A DNA stretch of 64,000 bases, from the NCBI GenBank assembly GCA_951406725.2, contig OX597829.1, positions 3,906,001 through 3,970,000 of the forward strand. The letters run 5' to 3'. A program made the position numbers and the translations under genes. The notes beneath the pieces are model-generated. The model was not told the origin of the DNA and ran no database searches. It saw only the letters and a list, made by a program, of their open reading frames with translations. Of the stretch, positions 13,375-27,497 are shown one piece after another. Numbering within the stretch: position 1 is the first letter of the stretch; each line of letters starts with the position of its first letter. Source of the stretch: Octopus vulgaris. Its lineage: Eukaryota.

Positions 13375-14109
13375 TTAATAATTTAAACGCTTAACTTTTG
13401 GTTGTGATTACGTTTCCAGCATCTAAATCTCAATTGCAGAAAACTTAATCATTGTGGGTTTTTATTACGCACAAAATGACCCGCTCACGGTGGTTGGTTT
13501 TTTATGGTATTTTTTGCTGGATATTTATAAGGAAAATACCCATTTTTTTCTCTCCACAAAAATACCCCTCCCCCCCATAGATGTCTAACCGACCTTCCTG
13601 CACTGTCTTCTCAATATTCAAAGCTGTTATATACTTCTTCCGTTCGTTTTTCTGGTATTGTATGGACCTTATTTTTCATCTATTCCTACATCCTCGCTAT
13701 ATGATATTAGGAAATGGATAGGTGGGAAAAACTGAACCAAAACCGAGTGACAGCCAGTTTGATTGTTGTTGGGGAGAGACATTTGTGCTCCAGGGAGAAA
13801 TTTAGATATGGATGCATGATAATTTGTATGTCTCAAATATATCCAGATGGATAATGCTTTCAGAATCTGGATAGTTTAAAATAAATAAAGAATAAATCGA
13901 AGTAGACACACTAATCTAGGAATCCATGAGTTTAGGACATTATTTTTAGCTTCCTAATTTCGAATTCACTATTATTTTGCTTGGTAGACGGCGCAGTTTT
14001 TTATTTTCGTTTTTGGAGCCGTGTATGTGACCAACTTCTTTGACACTGGTTTCAAATGTCTGCGAAGTGTTGTATACAGCACTTCGCAAATATCTCCTTC
14101 GGATAAAAC

Positions 14110-14360
14110 CAATAATTCCATCAGAATAATGCTCAGTCACATACAGCGAGGATGATATTCCAAAGGCTGGAGTAGTTTGAATGGGAAACGATGCCCCACC
14201 CATCATATTCGCCGGACATTGTTCCTTCTGATTATCGTTTGGACGGAAAAAATATGAATTCTGTAGACGAAGCCAGAACAGTACTTGAGCATTTTTCATT
14301 ACGGATTTTAAATGAACTTTATCGTAATTTTGAAAAGTAAAAGTATGAAAAAGCTGCATT
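14110..14360 (+). mobile_element. mariner DD34D transposase C-terminal remnant
   Basis: From 14116: FHQNNAQSHTA...LE*FEWETMPHPSYSPDIVPSDYRL, a degenerate HHDNARPH / HPPYSPDLAPSDY with 34-residue spacing and an internal stop. Confidence 0.8.
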
Positions 14361-14394
14361 ATTTATGGGATGACCCAATATATGTGTGTGTGTG

Positions 14395-14605
14395 TTTGTC
14401 CTCCCCACCCCACCCCGTCGATTGACAACTGATGATGATGTGTTAATGCTCCCTTAATGTAGCGGTTCGGCAAATGAAACCGATAGAATAAGTACTAGGC
14501 TTACAAAGAATAAATCCTGGGGTAGATTTCTTCGACTAAAAGCCCTTTGAAGCGGTGCTCCAGCATGGCCGCACTTAAATGACGGAAACAAATGAAAGGA
14601 TAAGA
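14395..14605 (+). mobile_element. SINE family B, 3' half
   Basis: agcggttcggcaaa...gatagaataagtactaggcttacaaagaat...gcggtgctccagcatggccgca. Confidence 0.8.
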
Positions 14606-14749
14606 TATTCTTAAATTCCATTAGTTCTCAGTTATCTGACTGGTAATCTACTTATTGCCATGCCTCCAAAATAATAATACTTGAAGACACTTGGCCAAGG
14701 TGTCACTAAACCCATACACACACACACACACTGAAAGGTACTAACGTGT

Positions 14750-15820
14750 GTGCGCGCCGGCACCCGTTGGAGTTTCGTTTTCACCGAACGCATCGAGCAG
14801 ACGCATTACATTAAGTTTTGCCAAAAGAGTGGTGATACTCAAGCTCAAACCAGCCAGCAAATTCGACTGGCCTTTGGCTATTATAACCAGATCAAGGATT
14901 GGTTGAACCACTTCAAACATGGCTGCACCTCAGTGGTGAACGTGATGCGTTCAGGCAGGCCATCTACAATGGCGAAACGAGGAACCGATTGGAAAAGTTC
15001 AGCGAATAATCATGGAAGACCGTTCTGTAACAATCGAGGAAATTGCTCACGAATAAGCACGGGATCAGTGCATTCCATTTTAAGGGAGGATTTGTGCATG
15101 CGGAGAGCGTCTGCGAAATTCGTCCCCCGAGGTGCTGGCGGAACAGCTCCTCGGCAACTCCGCGTGGAAATTGTTCTGGATATGTTGGACTGTGACTTTA
15201 TGACTTTATCACTGGTGATGAGACATGGCTTTGTGGTCTCTGCTCGTTGCGTTCGATCATCTTGCGTGGAAAAGAAAAATCCGACGAGTGCGCGCGACAC
15301 GTATATACTCTAGGCGTAAAAGTCAGGAACTGCTGTACCTTACCAGCGCGAAAATGTTCACGCATGCGCTGGAAGGGTGGCGTCATCTCCCGCACAAAGG
15401 ATTTTGCTCATGTAGAATTAGTTTTAGTATAAACTAGATACGGATCTTTTCGGTTTGACCGGCAGTTTTTAACATAATTTCTAGGTAACTAAAAATTTTA
15501 AACTTCGTATACTGGTAGAATGTGTTTATAAAACATCTTTTTCTCTTGGCTTTATTGAGAAAATTCTATAGTTTGTAAGATATTTGTTGTTTTTTTTCTT
15601 CAATTTCAACCAATCAATGACCGTCTATTGAGGTGAAAACATTCTGTGCCGTATGAATATGTCCCTCGTTTAAGAAACTGATTGGGTTTATTTACATTTG
15701 TGAAGAAAAAAAGATACCCTTCCTAGGGTCAATATTATGGGTGACAATTTCATATGACACCTCTAGAAAAAACTGCCGTTCAAACCGAAAAGATCCCCGG
15801 ATACTTTTTGAACGCACCTT
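14750..15820 (+). mobile_element. mariner transposon remnant (HTH region to first catalytic Asp), interrupted by a MITE
   Basis: RIEQTHYIKFCQK...RSGRPST, SVHSILREDL.MRRASAKFVPR and FITGDETW (15206-15229) lie in shifted frames. A TIR-like ccggatactttttgaacgcacct is at 15797-15820. Confidence 0.8.
15442..15796 (+). mobile_element. MITE family M1 (GGATCTTTTCGGTTTGA TIRs; Merlin-like)
   Basis: About 27-bp TIRs; diverged 8-bp TSD ctagatac/ccggatac; internally deleted relative to the 58506 copy. Confidence 0.85.
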
Positions 15821-16635
15821 GTGTGTGTGCGTGAATGTTTGTGCGCGCGTGCGTATAAATAGCCTCGCGGATTAACAGTGGAAATTGAAGTAATTATTGT
15901 AACTTAACTTCTATTAAAGAAAACAACAAACAAACAAACAACATAGAACTCATTCAAAAAATACGCAACGCATATTCTTATTTAGCTCCAGAGCAATGAA
16001 ATTGAGCAAATCTTCAAAGACACTCCAACAATAACCATCGCGTCCTCTCAGACACAGTTTACCTCAGACAGTATTATCTGTTATTTCTTTCTTGCTTTTA
16101 AGACAATAGTTTCCGATTTGAGAGTGATTTAACTACTATTTCTAACAGTTCAGGCAATAATATAGAGATATTAGTTCACTGGTTTAGCACGTGTGTCTTT
16201 ATTATAAATATTTTCTAAAACGTGTGGTAAGTAATAATAGCAGCGGCAGGCTTTCAGATGATATCAAATCCATAATGGTTAGCTTTGTCTTACTGTGATA
16301 CTCATGAGATAATAATACACCGACAGAGATATCAAAACATGGTGACTTGGTCGTAAATTATTTGTAAGAGAGGAAAAATGTAGAAACTACATACACCGCA
16401 ACATTGTAATGATAAATCAACTAATCCCACATAAAACACACAGCTGTAAATATCTCGGGGATTTCAAACGAACATAAAATAAAGGGTCTGGAAACGTTTT
16501 TTTTTAAACAGGAGTGGGATGTTTCACTCAGTCTACCCCACCACAACAAACGCATATCTGCAACATACATGCGTGTGTGTGTGTGTGTGTGTGTGTGTAT
16601 GTATATATGTATGTGTGTGTGTATATATATATATA

Positions 16636-16698
<63 letters not shown>

Positions 16699-16711
16699 AT
16701 ATGTATGTATG

Positions 16712-16742
<31 letters not shown>

Positions 16743-16747
16743 ATATC

Positions 16748-16859
<112 letters not shown>

Positions 16860-16929
16860 AACATAAACATCTTAATGGAGAGAAGATAAATTATTGAGTC
16901 AAAGAAACGAAGATAGTTTGTAGGGTGTT

Positions 16930-16966
<37 letters not shown>

Positions 16967-17478
16967 TAAATGCTTGCACGCACACATATACACAAGCGTC
17001 TACTTGCACATATATATTCCACACAAAAATATGAAAAACGGAAAGCTGTCTCAAAACAGGGAAGAAATCAGATATGACAGACAAACCTTCAACCATTTAC
17101 ATGTAGAATCTAAGTTGATGCACAAACGTAGACACACCTGCTATTGTTCAGTCCCCAGACCATACCTAATTCATTAGCCTTATAATCAAAGGTATTCCAG
17201 GTGTGACTATCCTGTTTTGGGTTGTAAGCATAGTATATATACCAGTCGTATACTCGTGCCATCAAAAAACGACGGCATTTTAAAATGAAGAACCTAAAAC
17301 TACTATTTTATGGATGTGTATTGATATAACCTACATTCCATGTATTTAATAGTCAATCGTTACAACACACCATATTTTGCCAGGCTGCATGAAAGTCCAT
17401 TTACCAAAAGTAGAATATTTTGTCAATAATCAACGCAGTGATGCACTCCATACAGATGTTTCATAATAGCATATCTCC

Positions 17479-17525
<47 letters not shown>

Positions 17526-17701
17526 GATATATATATATATATATGAAAAGAGAGAGAGAGATGTTACAGTGAAACATCACTATATAGCATTTTTTATTCA
17601 ATATACGATCACTGTATATTTTCTATAATTAATATAAATGAGTTTCCGTCTAAAATATACTATAACTTTAATGTACTAGAATATACTTATTTGCAACAGC
17701 C

Positions 17702-17747
<46 letters not shown>

Positions 17748-17750
<3 letters not shown>

Positions 17751-17932
17751 CTTTATTTAAAAGCAGCAGAAATTTAACAAAAGCTGTTACTCGGAGTTTC
17801 ACGTTCCCGTTCGTCCGACGAACGGTAACGTGTGTTACATTTCTGCTGCTTTTAAATAAGGCATATTACTCTACCTCTGGTATTTGAGTACTCTTTTTTC
17901 CACCTTGTTTCACATTTATGTGTTTACTCCGG
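17748..17932. mobile_element. Head-to-head inverted short repeat centred on a hammerhead-like motif
   Basis: Outer arms ttatttaaaagcagcagaaat / atttctgctgcttttaaataa; inner arms cacgttcccgttcgtc / gacgaacggtaacgtg; flanked by (TA)n. Confidence 0.7.
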
Positions 17933-18040
17933 TATATATATATAATTTTCAAATACTGTACAGTACATTGAGCATAATTTAAACATTCCTTCAGAAATCC
18001 CCCCTTTTTTTTTTGTAAACATAATTGGAATGATATCTTT

Positions 18041-18093
<53 letters not shown>

Positions 18094-18392
18094 TTCACGA
18101 ATAATTAAGTAGCTCTCTTATTACGATTTTTTTCTTCTTTTTTTGTGTGTGAAGAATCTGTTTCCAATTAGATTCCTTTAATCATCGCTTCTTTTTATGT
18201 ACAACCGCAGACAATTCTTAATTCTAGTATGTACTGGTAAGTCAGTACACACACACACACACACACGTATGCACACGACGGTAGTTTGTTATGGAAGATA
18301 AAGATAATAAGCGTTGTGTATTTTCGTTTCCAGTTCTACAATTGAACTACGCGATGAAAAGAAACGTGTAGGCAATAAGTGGAACTGAAAAG

Positions 18393-18445
<53 letters not shown>

Positions 18446-18447
<2 letters not shown>

Positions 18448-18808
18448 CGCAGGAGTGGCTGTGTGGTAAGTAGCTTGCTAACCAACCACATGGTTCCGGG
18501 TTCAGTCTCACTGCGTGGCACCTTGGGCAAGTGTCTTCTGCTATAGCCCCGGGCCGACCAATGCCTTGTGAGTGGATTTGGTAGACGGAAACTGAAAGAA
18601 GCCTGTCGTATACGTGTATTTGTGTGTATATGTTTGTGTGTCTGTGTTTGTCCCTCTACCATTGCTTGACAACCGATGCTGGTGTGTTTACGTCCCCGTT
18701 ACTTAGCGGTTCGGCAAAAGAGACCGATAGAATAAGTACTGGGCTTACAAGAATAAAGGCGGTGCTCCAGCATGGCCGCAGTCAAATAACTGAAACAAGT
18801 AAAAGAGT
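18446..18808 (+). mobile_element. tRNA-derived SINE family B, full length
   Basis: ggcgcaggagtggctgtgtggtaag...gggttcagtc (A/B boxes), ccttgggcaagtg (CORE-like), internal TG tract, conserved 3' tail. Confidence 0.9.
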
Positions 18809-19850
18809 ATAGGGTCGTGTATGTGCTTGTGGTTTTGGTGAAAAGGGGGCGGGAGAATTTGCAATGTACATTTTTTGTGTAAGTGTGCTGTCGAATATTG
18901 TTTTCCACAGTATCTAGTCGATTAGAACTAGAATGAAAGGTGTTACAGCCGTGGCCATCCCTTTTATAGTTATCACCATGTTGCCTAAGAGATTTTGTGG
19001 TTATTTCTAGCAGATCCAGAAACCTCTTATAGGCGCCTACATTACTTGTTATATGCTCTTTCTTTACTATAGAATATAATAATTGTGTGTCTGTGCGGTG
19101 GCGATGGTGGGGACGTTTCATCTGTTACTAATTTTCACTCACTGAAGTTTACAGTCGCCCAGTATTTAGCCATACACATTTTTATACACATTCACCAACG
19201 AGTAAAGTCTCTACGACCTATTAGCATCAATAAACGCTATTTCTCAAATTACACCTTTCTGTCCGAGGAAATGTTCCATTGCATCACGTAATGTGGTCTT
19301 GAATACATTAGTGCGAATTAGAGGGATGCGTCACGACAGGAATGCCTTTGATATCTTAAGGTCCTTGCTCGATGGGACTTGATCTGAAACTAAACAGCAA
19401 CATGTATTAATGTGGGCAGCGTGTGTGTTTGTTTGTGTGTGTGTGTGTGTGTGTGCAGGGTGGGTGGATGAAAACATTTAAAGATGGCCCAGAAATACGC
19501 CAATTCCAACGTTAAGAGAAATTGCAGTTAACGTTTAGAATGAAGTGTATTTAATAATGGTAAGTATTCAGACGTTAATTGTGTGGTGGGGGGAAAAGAC
19601 AATATTAGTTGATAACTAATAGTGTTTTAATTATATAAGCAAGTACAGGTGGAAGCGATAGCTTTGCACAGGTTTCTGTATTATTAAATATCTTCAGATA
19701 ATCACAGACTAGATGTAAGTCATTATCTTACCACTAACTTGAGTGAAAAATGACAATATTGATATATTAGAAGCTGGGAAACTATTCTTCAGAATGTTAC
19801 AGATTTGGGTGAAAGAGTCAACAGAATCCTTTTACTTCTAAAATGAGCAT

Positions 19851-20249
19851 TCTTTTACTTTTTTACTTGTTCCAGTGACTTGAATGCGGCCATGCTGGAG
19901 CACCGCCTTTAGTCGAGCAAATCAACCCTTGGACTTATTCTCTGTAAGCCTAGTTCTTATTCTATCGGTCTATTTTGCCAAACCACTAAGTTACAGGAAT
20001 GTAAGCACACAACCATCGGTTGTCAAGTGATGTTGGTGGAGGAGGAGGGGGGAGCAAACACAGACACACAAACATACACACACACTCACACACACACATG
20101 TATATACGATGGGCTTCTTTCAGTTTCCGTCTACCAATTCCACTCACAAGGCTATAGTAGAAGACACTTGTCCAAGGTGCCACGCAGTGGGACTGAACCC
20201 GGAACCATGTGGTTGGTTAGCAAGCTACTTACCACACAGCCACTCCTGC
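19851..20249 (-). mobile_element. SINE family B, full length
   Basis: Reverse complement of the 18446 family. Confidence 0.88.
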
Positions 20250-20551
20250 ATTGATTATAAAATTATAAAAAAAACAAAACAACAATTTTTACGTTAATTA
20301 GTTACATATAATAATATATCAGCAGAAATCAACAGTCGGACTATTGTTAAGGGTGCATGCGTAAAGGGTAGAACGCGAAGACATTCAAATTCAATAAATG
20401 CTGTTTGGGTATATGCAGGTAGATATCTGTGTGTGTATAAGATATACAATAAGTAATATTTCTTGTTGAGTACGTGACGGCGGTTAATTGTTCTTAACAC
20501 TCACTGCTCGCTCGTCTTTTTATTCGAAGTTAGTCACTACCACCACCAATA

Positions 20552-20552
<1 letters not shown>

Positions 20553-20632
<80 letters not shown>
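20553..20632. repeat. (ACT)n microsatellite
   Basis: Direct inspection. Confidence 0.95.
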
Positions 20633-22267
20633 TTGACAATAACACCAGCAACAATAGTAATATAATGATGATGATAATCCCTCTTATAAGCTAACACGCA
20701 AACACTGCAGCCTGAGGCACCGGTTAAAGTTATCTTCCTTTGATGTTTAAACTGTTGTCGTTTGTTTCAGGGCAATATGGACCACTTACTATTATTATCA
20801 TTTTATTGATGCCATTGTTCTTTTCGTTTTCCTCAGTTCATTAAGGAGTCTTTCATTAAATCTAAATAATTGTCAATGTACACCAACACTTGAGATGTCA
20901 CGTTATTGTTTTTACGTGGGAGTGACTACAGACAGAGGCTGTAGCCAAAACACCAGTCTTTTGTGTGCTGTATATATATATATATATACTGATAGCGCAG
21001 TCCTATGATCAAAAGCGACCCGGCAATGGCCATCTATCCATTGTTATTTTCAGGTAATGCACCAAAGGACAATTATTTATATTGTACCTTTTAAAGACGG
21101 TTTGAGGAAAATTTGGTTGCTTTTCTTAGGACGTCGAACGACAAACGGCATAGAAGGTACTTCGTTAGCTCGAATACCCACGGTAATTAATTAATTAATT
21201 AACAGTAGTTAATTATTATAATTAGCAACACGCTTAAATGTCACATTGTTGTTCATAAAATGCGAGAACATGTTATATGATGAGTACACCACCCGTTAAC
21301 ACAGCCTTCATCTTTGGTACATGTATTGTTGAACCCTGGAAAGCTTTCAGATTAACCTTGAAAGATCGATTGCAGAATAACGAAAGACTCCAAATACAAC
21401 TCATTCTCTACAGGATCGCTTTTACCTTTTGCAAGTCGCCAACACTCGATTTTTTGTTGTTGTTTTTATTTATTTATTTATTTACTTTTTGAAAAAAATC
21501 TTGTCTGTTGGGCCTGAGTGTTGATTTTGGTAAATTGGTCATTTACAATCTTTGTTTAAATCCTACCAACTTAACTTTATCTTTCATGGTCATTCGGTGG
21601 GGTTAATAAAGTAAGAAGCGGCCATGTCGGTATGGAAATCTAATAAGTCTACGTAAAACCCAAAATGTGAGGTCTTGTCGCGATATAAATAAAATCGTTA
21701 TGGTCATAAACACTCTCACATCACCGAAAACTTGGTCACTGAATCTGATGTACCAAACTCTGTCATTAACATTTATTATTTTACCCTCACGGCCTAACTT
21801 TAAAACTATTGATTAATACTCCTCGTTATTCATTTAAATATTGCATGTTAATTACATTGATCTTTTAACTTTAGGAGTTAAATGAAAACTTTGTAGGTGA
21901 GGTAGTAGCGCATGTAATCACTAAGATTTGATGCAGCCAATCCGAAGTTCCTGTCTTCAATGATGATGAGGGGAATAATGATGAAGATGACCATCATTGT
22001 AGCGGCGGCAGTTTTGAAGGGCGGGGCTTTAGCCGATCGAATCAATAATTTCAGTAGTTGACTGGTTCTTTATTTTATCAAGCTGATCTTGGCATAATTT
22101 CAACGTAAACTTACAAGCTGGAACTGAATACCGCGAAGTATTTTGTCAATGCTTTGACGATTCTGCTAATTGGCTCCAAGGTTGTGGAACTCGTACGTTG
22201 AAACATTTAGAATATGAAGACACTTCGAGTGAGAGTGACAACTGTCTCAGTTAACTAATTACACTTA

Positions 22268-22476
22268 ACTCTTTTACTTGTTTCAGTCATGTGACTGTGG
22301 CCATGCTGGAGCACCGCCTTTAGTCGATCGAGCAAATCGACCCCAGGACTTATTCTTTGTAAGCCTAGTACTTATTCTATCGGTCTCTTTTGCCGAACCG
22401 CTAAGTTACGGAGACGTAAACACACCAGCATCGGTTGTCAAGCAATGTTGGAAGGTCAAACACACACACACACACG

Positions 22477-22564
<88 letters not shown>

Positions 22565-22727
22565 CGACGGGCTTCTTTCAGTTTCCGTCTACCATATCCA
22601 CTCACAAGGCTTTGTTCGGTTCGAGGCTATAGTAGAAGACACTTGCCCAAGGTGCCACGCAGTGGGACTAAACCCGGAACCATGTGGTTGGTAAGCAAGC
22701 TACTTATCATACAGACACTCCTACGCC
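22268..22727 (-). mobile_element. SINE family B, full length with expanded internal (CA)n(TA)n
   Basis: Reverse complement of the 18446 family. Confidence 0.9.
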
Positions 22728-23066
22728 TATTAGTTCAATTAGTTTTATATCATTGGTGGGCGCGTTATTAGTGTGTTCGTGGTGGAAAGAACGATAGAGC
22801 AATAGACTAAAACTTCTTCATTATTAGCGACTACCCTCCATTTTCTTAGTTCGACTCTAACTAAAGTTGATTTAGAAAAAGTAGCATCTTAGAAATGACA
22901 GCTTTGGTTTCGATACCGGGTTTTTAGCCTTCTGCCGCTAAAGGTGTTTGTTATCAATGAGAAGACCTATGATTGAAAACTTTCTAGCCATAACCATCCC
23001 ATCGGTTTTTTCTAGGATTGCATTATCCAGTGTGTCGCTCGTTCATGATGGTGTGGTGTGGTTTAA

Positions 23067-23298
23067 GGCGGTGAGCTGGCAGAAACGTTAGCACGACGGG
23101 CGAAATGCTTAGCAGTATTTCGTCTGCCGCTACGTTCTGAGTTCAAATTCCGCCGAGGTCGACCATGCCTTTCATCCTTTCGGAGTCGATTAAATAAGTA
23201 CCAGTTATGTACTGGAGTCGATGTAATCGACTTAATCCGTTTGTCTGTCCTTGTTTGTCCTCTCTATGTTTAGCCCCTTGTGGGTAGTAAAGTAATAG
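23067..23298 (+). mobile_element. SINE family A, full length
   Basis: ggcggtgagctggcagaaacgttagc...; imperfect flanking duplication ggtgtggtgtggtttaa / ggtatggtgtgatttta. Confidence 0.9.
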
Positions 23299-24258
23299 GT
23301 ATGGTGTGATTTTAGGAAATCTGGCTCCTGTTTCTAACATCCACATCAAACCTCACTATTTGCCATTAAAGAGGCACCTGTATGGTTTTGGTTATTCTTT
23401 GGTCCAGATCAGCCCCGATTGTGTAAAAGTATAATCAAAGACATTGCAGCCGTAAACATTTGGTTATCAGAGACTACATTGTCAAATGAATTCTTCGGAT
23501 CTTGTCCACATTTCCTTTTAATGATGTTTTATTGTGACGAATGTTGTAGAACCAAACGATTTAGTCAGTTGAGTTAATTTCGGTTCTGAATTGAAACTAA
23601 ATTCCATACTTTGAGAGCAGAGATCAACATCGTGTCATCAAATCCGTTGTATCATAAATTTTCCGTAACTGTGTTCTTTTGTCACGAAGACTACTTTTAC
23701 AGCAATGTTTCGCGACGTAGTAAGCTTTCTTCACTCATGTAAATGTGAGATTATGTAACCGTCCTTTAAAAACAAAATACAAAAACGAATTAAATTAAAA
23801 ATGAATCGACAGAGGATAGTTTTTATCTGCAGTTGGCAGAAACGATGAAAGCCAGAATGCCGAACTAAAAGACATTTAAATATTCAGTTTCTGACGTTTA
23901 TGATGAAATGAACTGATATGCTGCCCAGTTCAAATTTGTCTTCATTCCAATGAGTGCTTCAAAATGAAGTTACCAATAATATATTAGACCCAGTAGCAAT
24001 TCAGCAGGAAAACATAAGTAAATGCACACATCCTTCTGAGATAGGATATCATTGTGTGAATATATATCATTGTGTGTGTGTGTGTGTGTGTTTGTGTACA
24101 TTTATACACTTATTTATGCGTGTGTATGTGTTTGTGTATATGTGTGTGTGTGTGTGTATGTATATATGTATAAATATATATATATATATGTGTGTGTGTG
24201 TATATGTATATATATGTATATATATGTGTGTGTGTATATGTATATATATGTATATATG

Positions 24259-24293
<35 letters not shown>

Positions 24294-24522
24294 GTATATG
24301 TATATATGTATATGTATATATATATATTTGTGTATATATATATATACATAATGTGTATGTATGTATATATATATATATATATACATAAATAATGTGTATA
24401 TATCAAAGAATGCATATATGTGCATGAGTTTGTATATATTTACATACATATGTCTTTATATACAAATACAATTCACATATATTTATATATATATATACAC
24501 ACACAAACACACACACACACAT

Positions 24523-24942
24523 TATGTGAAAAAAAACAGCCTCAGTACGCTGGAAGATAGTACCCCTCTTCCAAAAGTACGGCTCCCTCACAGATAGTCC
24601 AACCAGGATCAGTGAGGTACTGAATGACCGGTTCAAAAGTGTCTTTACCACCCCGTTGGAACACAGACAAGTGAACGAACCAGTGGACAGCTTTGCCGCC
24701 TCACCTATACCCAGCCAAGCATTTACGATGGAATACATCGACATAAGCGAAGAAGATATACTACTAGCCTTAGATGAGGTGGACGCAAGCTCAACTGCTG
24801 GTTCTGATAGTTTTCCAGCAATCCTCCTCAAATCATGTAAGCAAGCCCTGGCAAAACCCCTCCAGATTCTCTTTCAGAGCTTTCTTGCAAATGGCAGACT
24901 GCCCAGCAAGCTGAAGGAGGGCATGATATGCCCAATCCATAA
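24523..24942 (+). mobile_element. CR1-group LINE ORF2 fragment (region just upstream of the RT core)
   Basis: EVLNDRFKSVFT...[52 protein letters not shown] resembles the GPD...LK...LA.PL..LF..SL..G..P..WK.A.V.PI.K motif. Both ends run into microsatellites. Confidence 0.85.
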
Positions 24943-25565
24943 ATGTATGTATATATACGTATATATGTATATGTGTGTGTGTATATATATATACGTATAT
25001 ATATATGTGTGTGTGTGTATATATATATACGTATATATATATATGTGTGTGTGTGTATATATATACATATATATATACACACGTATATATTGTTCGCACG
25101 CTCGCGCGCGCGCACACGCAAAGCCACCTTTTGAATAATCGTAGCAGAACAGCCATCCTAGTTTTGTTAATGCTGAAGACATGCCAAATGTCTTCAGCAG
25201 ACAGCGCAAAAGGCAAGGGTTTGAGGTGATAAAAACAAGTTATTTAAAATTCATAGTCTGTTTTGTACCTTATATTATGCACAACTTTGTCGGCTCCTAC
25301 GTAATACACTCTGCATTGAAATGGGTCCTACATAAGGTTTAGTTAAGTTATACTTTCACAGGGATAGCGAAGTAAGAGGTCCTGGATTGAAGAGTAAAGC
25401 ACCTCTACATGTCTCACCATGTCTGTATGACATACACACATACATATGCGTACAAACAACTCTTTGTGCCATACTCTACACACTCCTTATATACGTGTAT
25501 ATGTATAAATGAAATGTATGTGTGTGTGTATGTATATATGTGCGGGTAATCTGTGTCTGTGTATG

Positions 25566-25655
<90 letters not shown>

Positions 25656-26180
25656 CATACACGCATAATATGTGTGTGTGTGTCTATGTATGCATGGAAA
25701 CTATTTTCATGTGTACATAACAAACGAGTCTACGTATGTGTCACACATGGGTGCGCGTATGTGCACGCGTGTCTCTATGAATCAGTGGGAAAGGAATACA
25801 CGGATGACAAATTCCTTCAGTGAATTCCACAATGACATTGATGGGCAAAGAAATTTGTTTTCTCCTTTCTTGTATTTTATGTTGGGGGCGAAAGAGAAAC
25901 GAAATCAACAAATGTTGGTTCCCTTTGATACTTCACCCACTGAAATCCTTCAGATAAATAAATAAAGAAAGAAAGAACAACAGAAACAAGCAATTTCAGC
26001 TCAAAAATTGTGCCACTTAATAACGAAGTTTACCAACCAAAGCCAAAACGGAGATATTTCTAGAAAGTCTATTAAGGTTGCCATATTTCTTTCATATTAC
26101 TTGCGCTCTCTCTCTCTCCCTCCTTCTCTTTCTACCCGCTTTCTCTCCCCCCTCTCCTTTTCTCTCTCTCTCTCTCTCTA

Positions 26181-26215
<35 letters not shown>

Positions 26216-27178
26216 GGTTCTCTGCCAAAGTGAAAGAGAGGATAGAAAAATAATCGAGCTTAAAATGTCCCCTAAGCAATTTCAACAGTGCTGGTTCATT
26301 TGTCATTTGCATGTAATTTAAATAATTGTTACACGTCCTTCCTACAACCCCTACTCCTGAACGAAAAAACCATTTCGTCGAAAACATTAAGCAGATGGTA
26401 ATATTTATGACAGTATTGTGGGGATTGGAAAATAAATAAAAGTCGCCATTGTAACTTAATAGGAAACCCTATCAAGTTTTATCACCCATATGAATACTTA
26501 TCGCCGTTGTCGAATACAGTGGTTAATATTACAAAAGCAATTAGTTTATTTGTCTTGATCTCTGTGTAATGATTCCAGCAACAACTTGAAACGTTTTGTA
26601 GGAAAACTTACAGACAAGTAAGTTACAAATGAATACAGAAAACATCTAATTTTACCATTTTAGAGCTTTTAAAGTTCACACCCTTCCCTCTTACCACACC
26701 AAAACCTCCATAGTTTTTCAAGTATCCCAACTTAATCTTGTTCTCTCGATGCTATCAACAAGAGGACCTGATAACTGAAATACTAGAATATAATACTAAG
26801 CTACAAATATATTAAACGTATTGGCAATCAAATCTGTTGAAGGGAAATATAAATTTGAACTGTTCTTCCTCTCCACGTCCTCAACACATCAGTCCCCACA
26901 TGCACCTCACTGGACATAAAGCAGGAGAAATTTTGAAGTTTTGCTGTTGACGGACGGACAGATGGGGGTGGGGGGTACACACACACACACACACAAATAC
27001 TAACGCACGCAAATGCAAAATGGTAGGTGCAACTTGTGAGTGCGCATACGCATCTACATGCATGCATATGTATACTTCTGGTGTGTGCTGGCGTATGTGA
27101 GTGTGTATATATATATATGTATGTATTTCTATACACACATACACATACTAGTTTGAAGGTACGATGTGTCACTATATC

Positions 27179-27410
27179 CTATTTCTTTACTACCCACAAG
27201 AAGCTAAACACAGAGAGGACAAACAAGGACAAACAAAGGGATTAAGTCGATTACATCGACCCCAGTGCGTAACTGGTACTTAATTTATCAACCCCGAAAG
27301 GATGAAAGGCAAAGTCGACCTCGGCGGAATTTGAACTCAGAACGTAACGGCAGACGAAATACGGCTACGCATTTCGCCCGGCGTGCCAACGTTTCTGCCA
27401 ACTCGCCGCC
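27179..27410 (-). mobile_element. SINE family A with TSD
   Basis: gtgtcactatat duplicated at 27166-27177 and 27414-27425. Confidence 0.92.
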
Positions 27411-27448
27411 TTCGTGTCACTATATATCCAGAAGCACGAGGGTGAGAG

Positions 27449-27497
<49 letters not shown>

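Noticed and set aside
21040-21060. ttttcag|gtaatg as a second recursive site (also ttttcaag|gtgatg at 38527 and ttttcag|gtacac at 5842)
   Set aside because: The donor match is weaker, there is no strong downstream donor, and the 21 kb one lies inside a decayed repeat.
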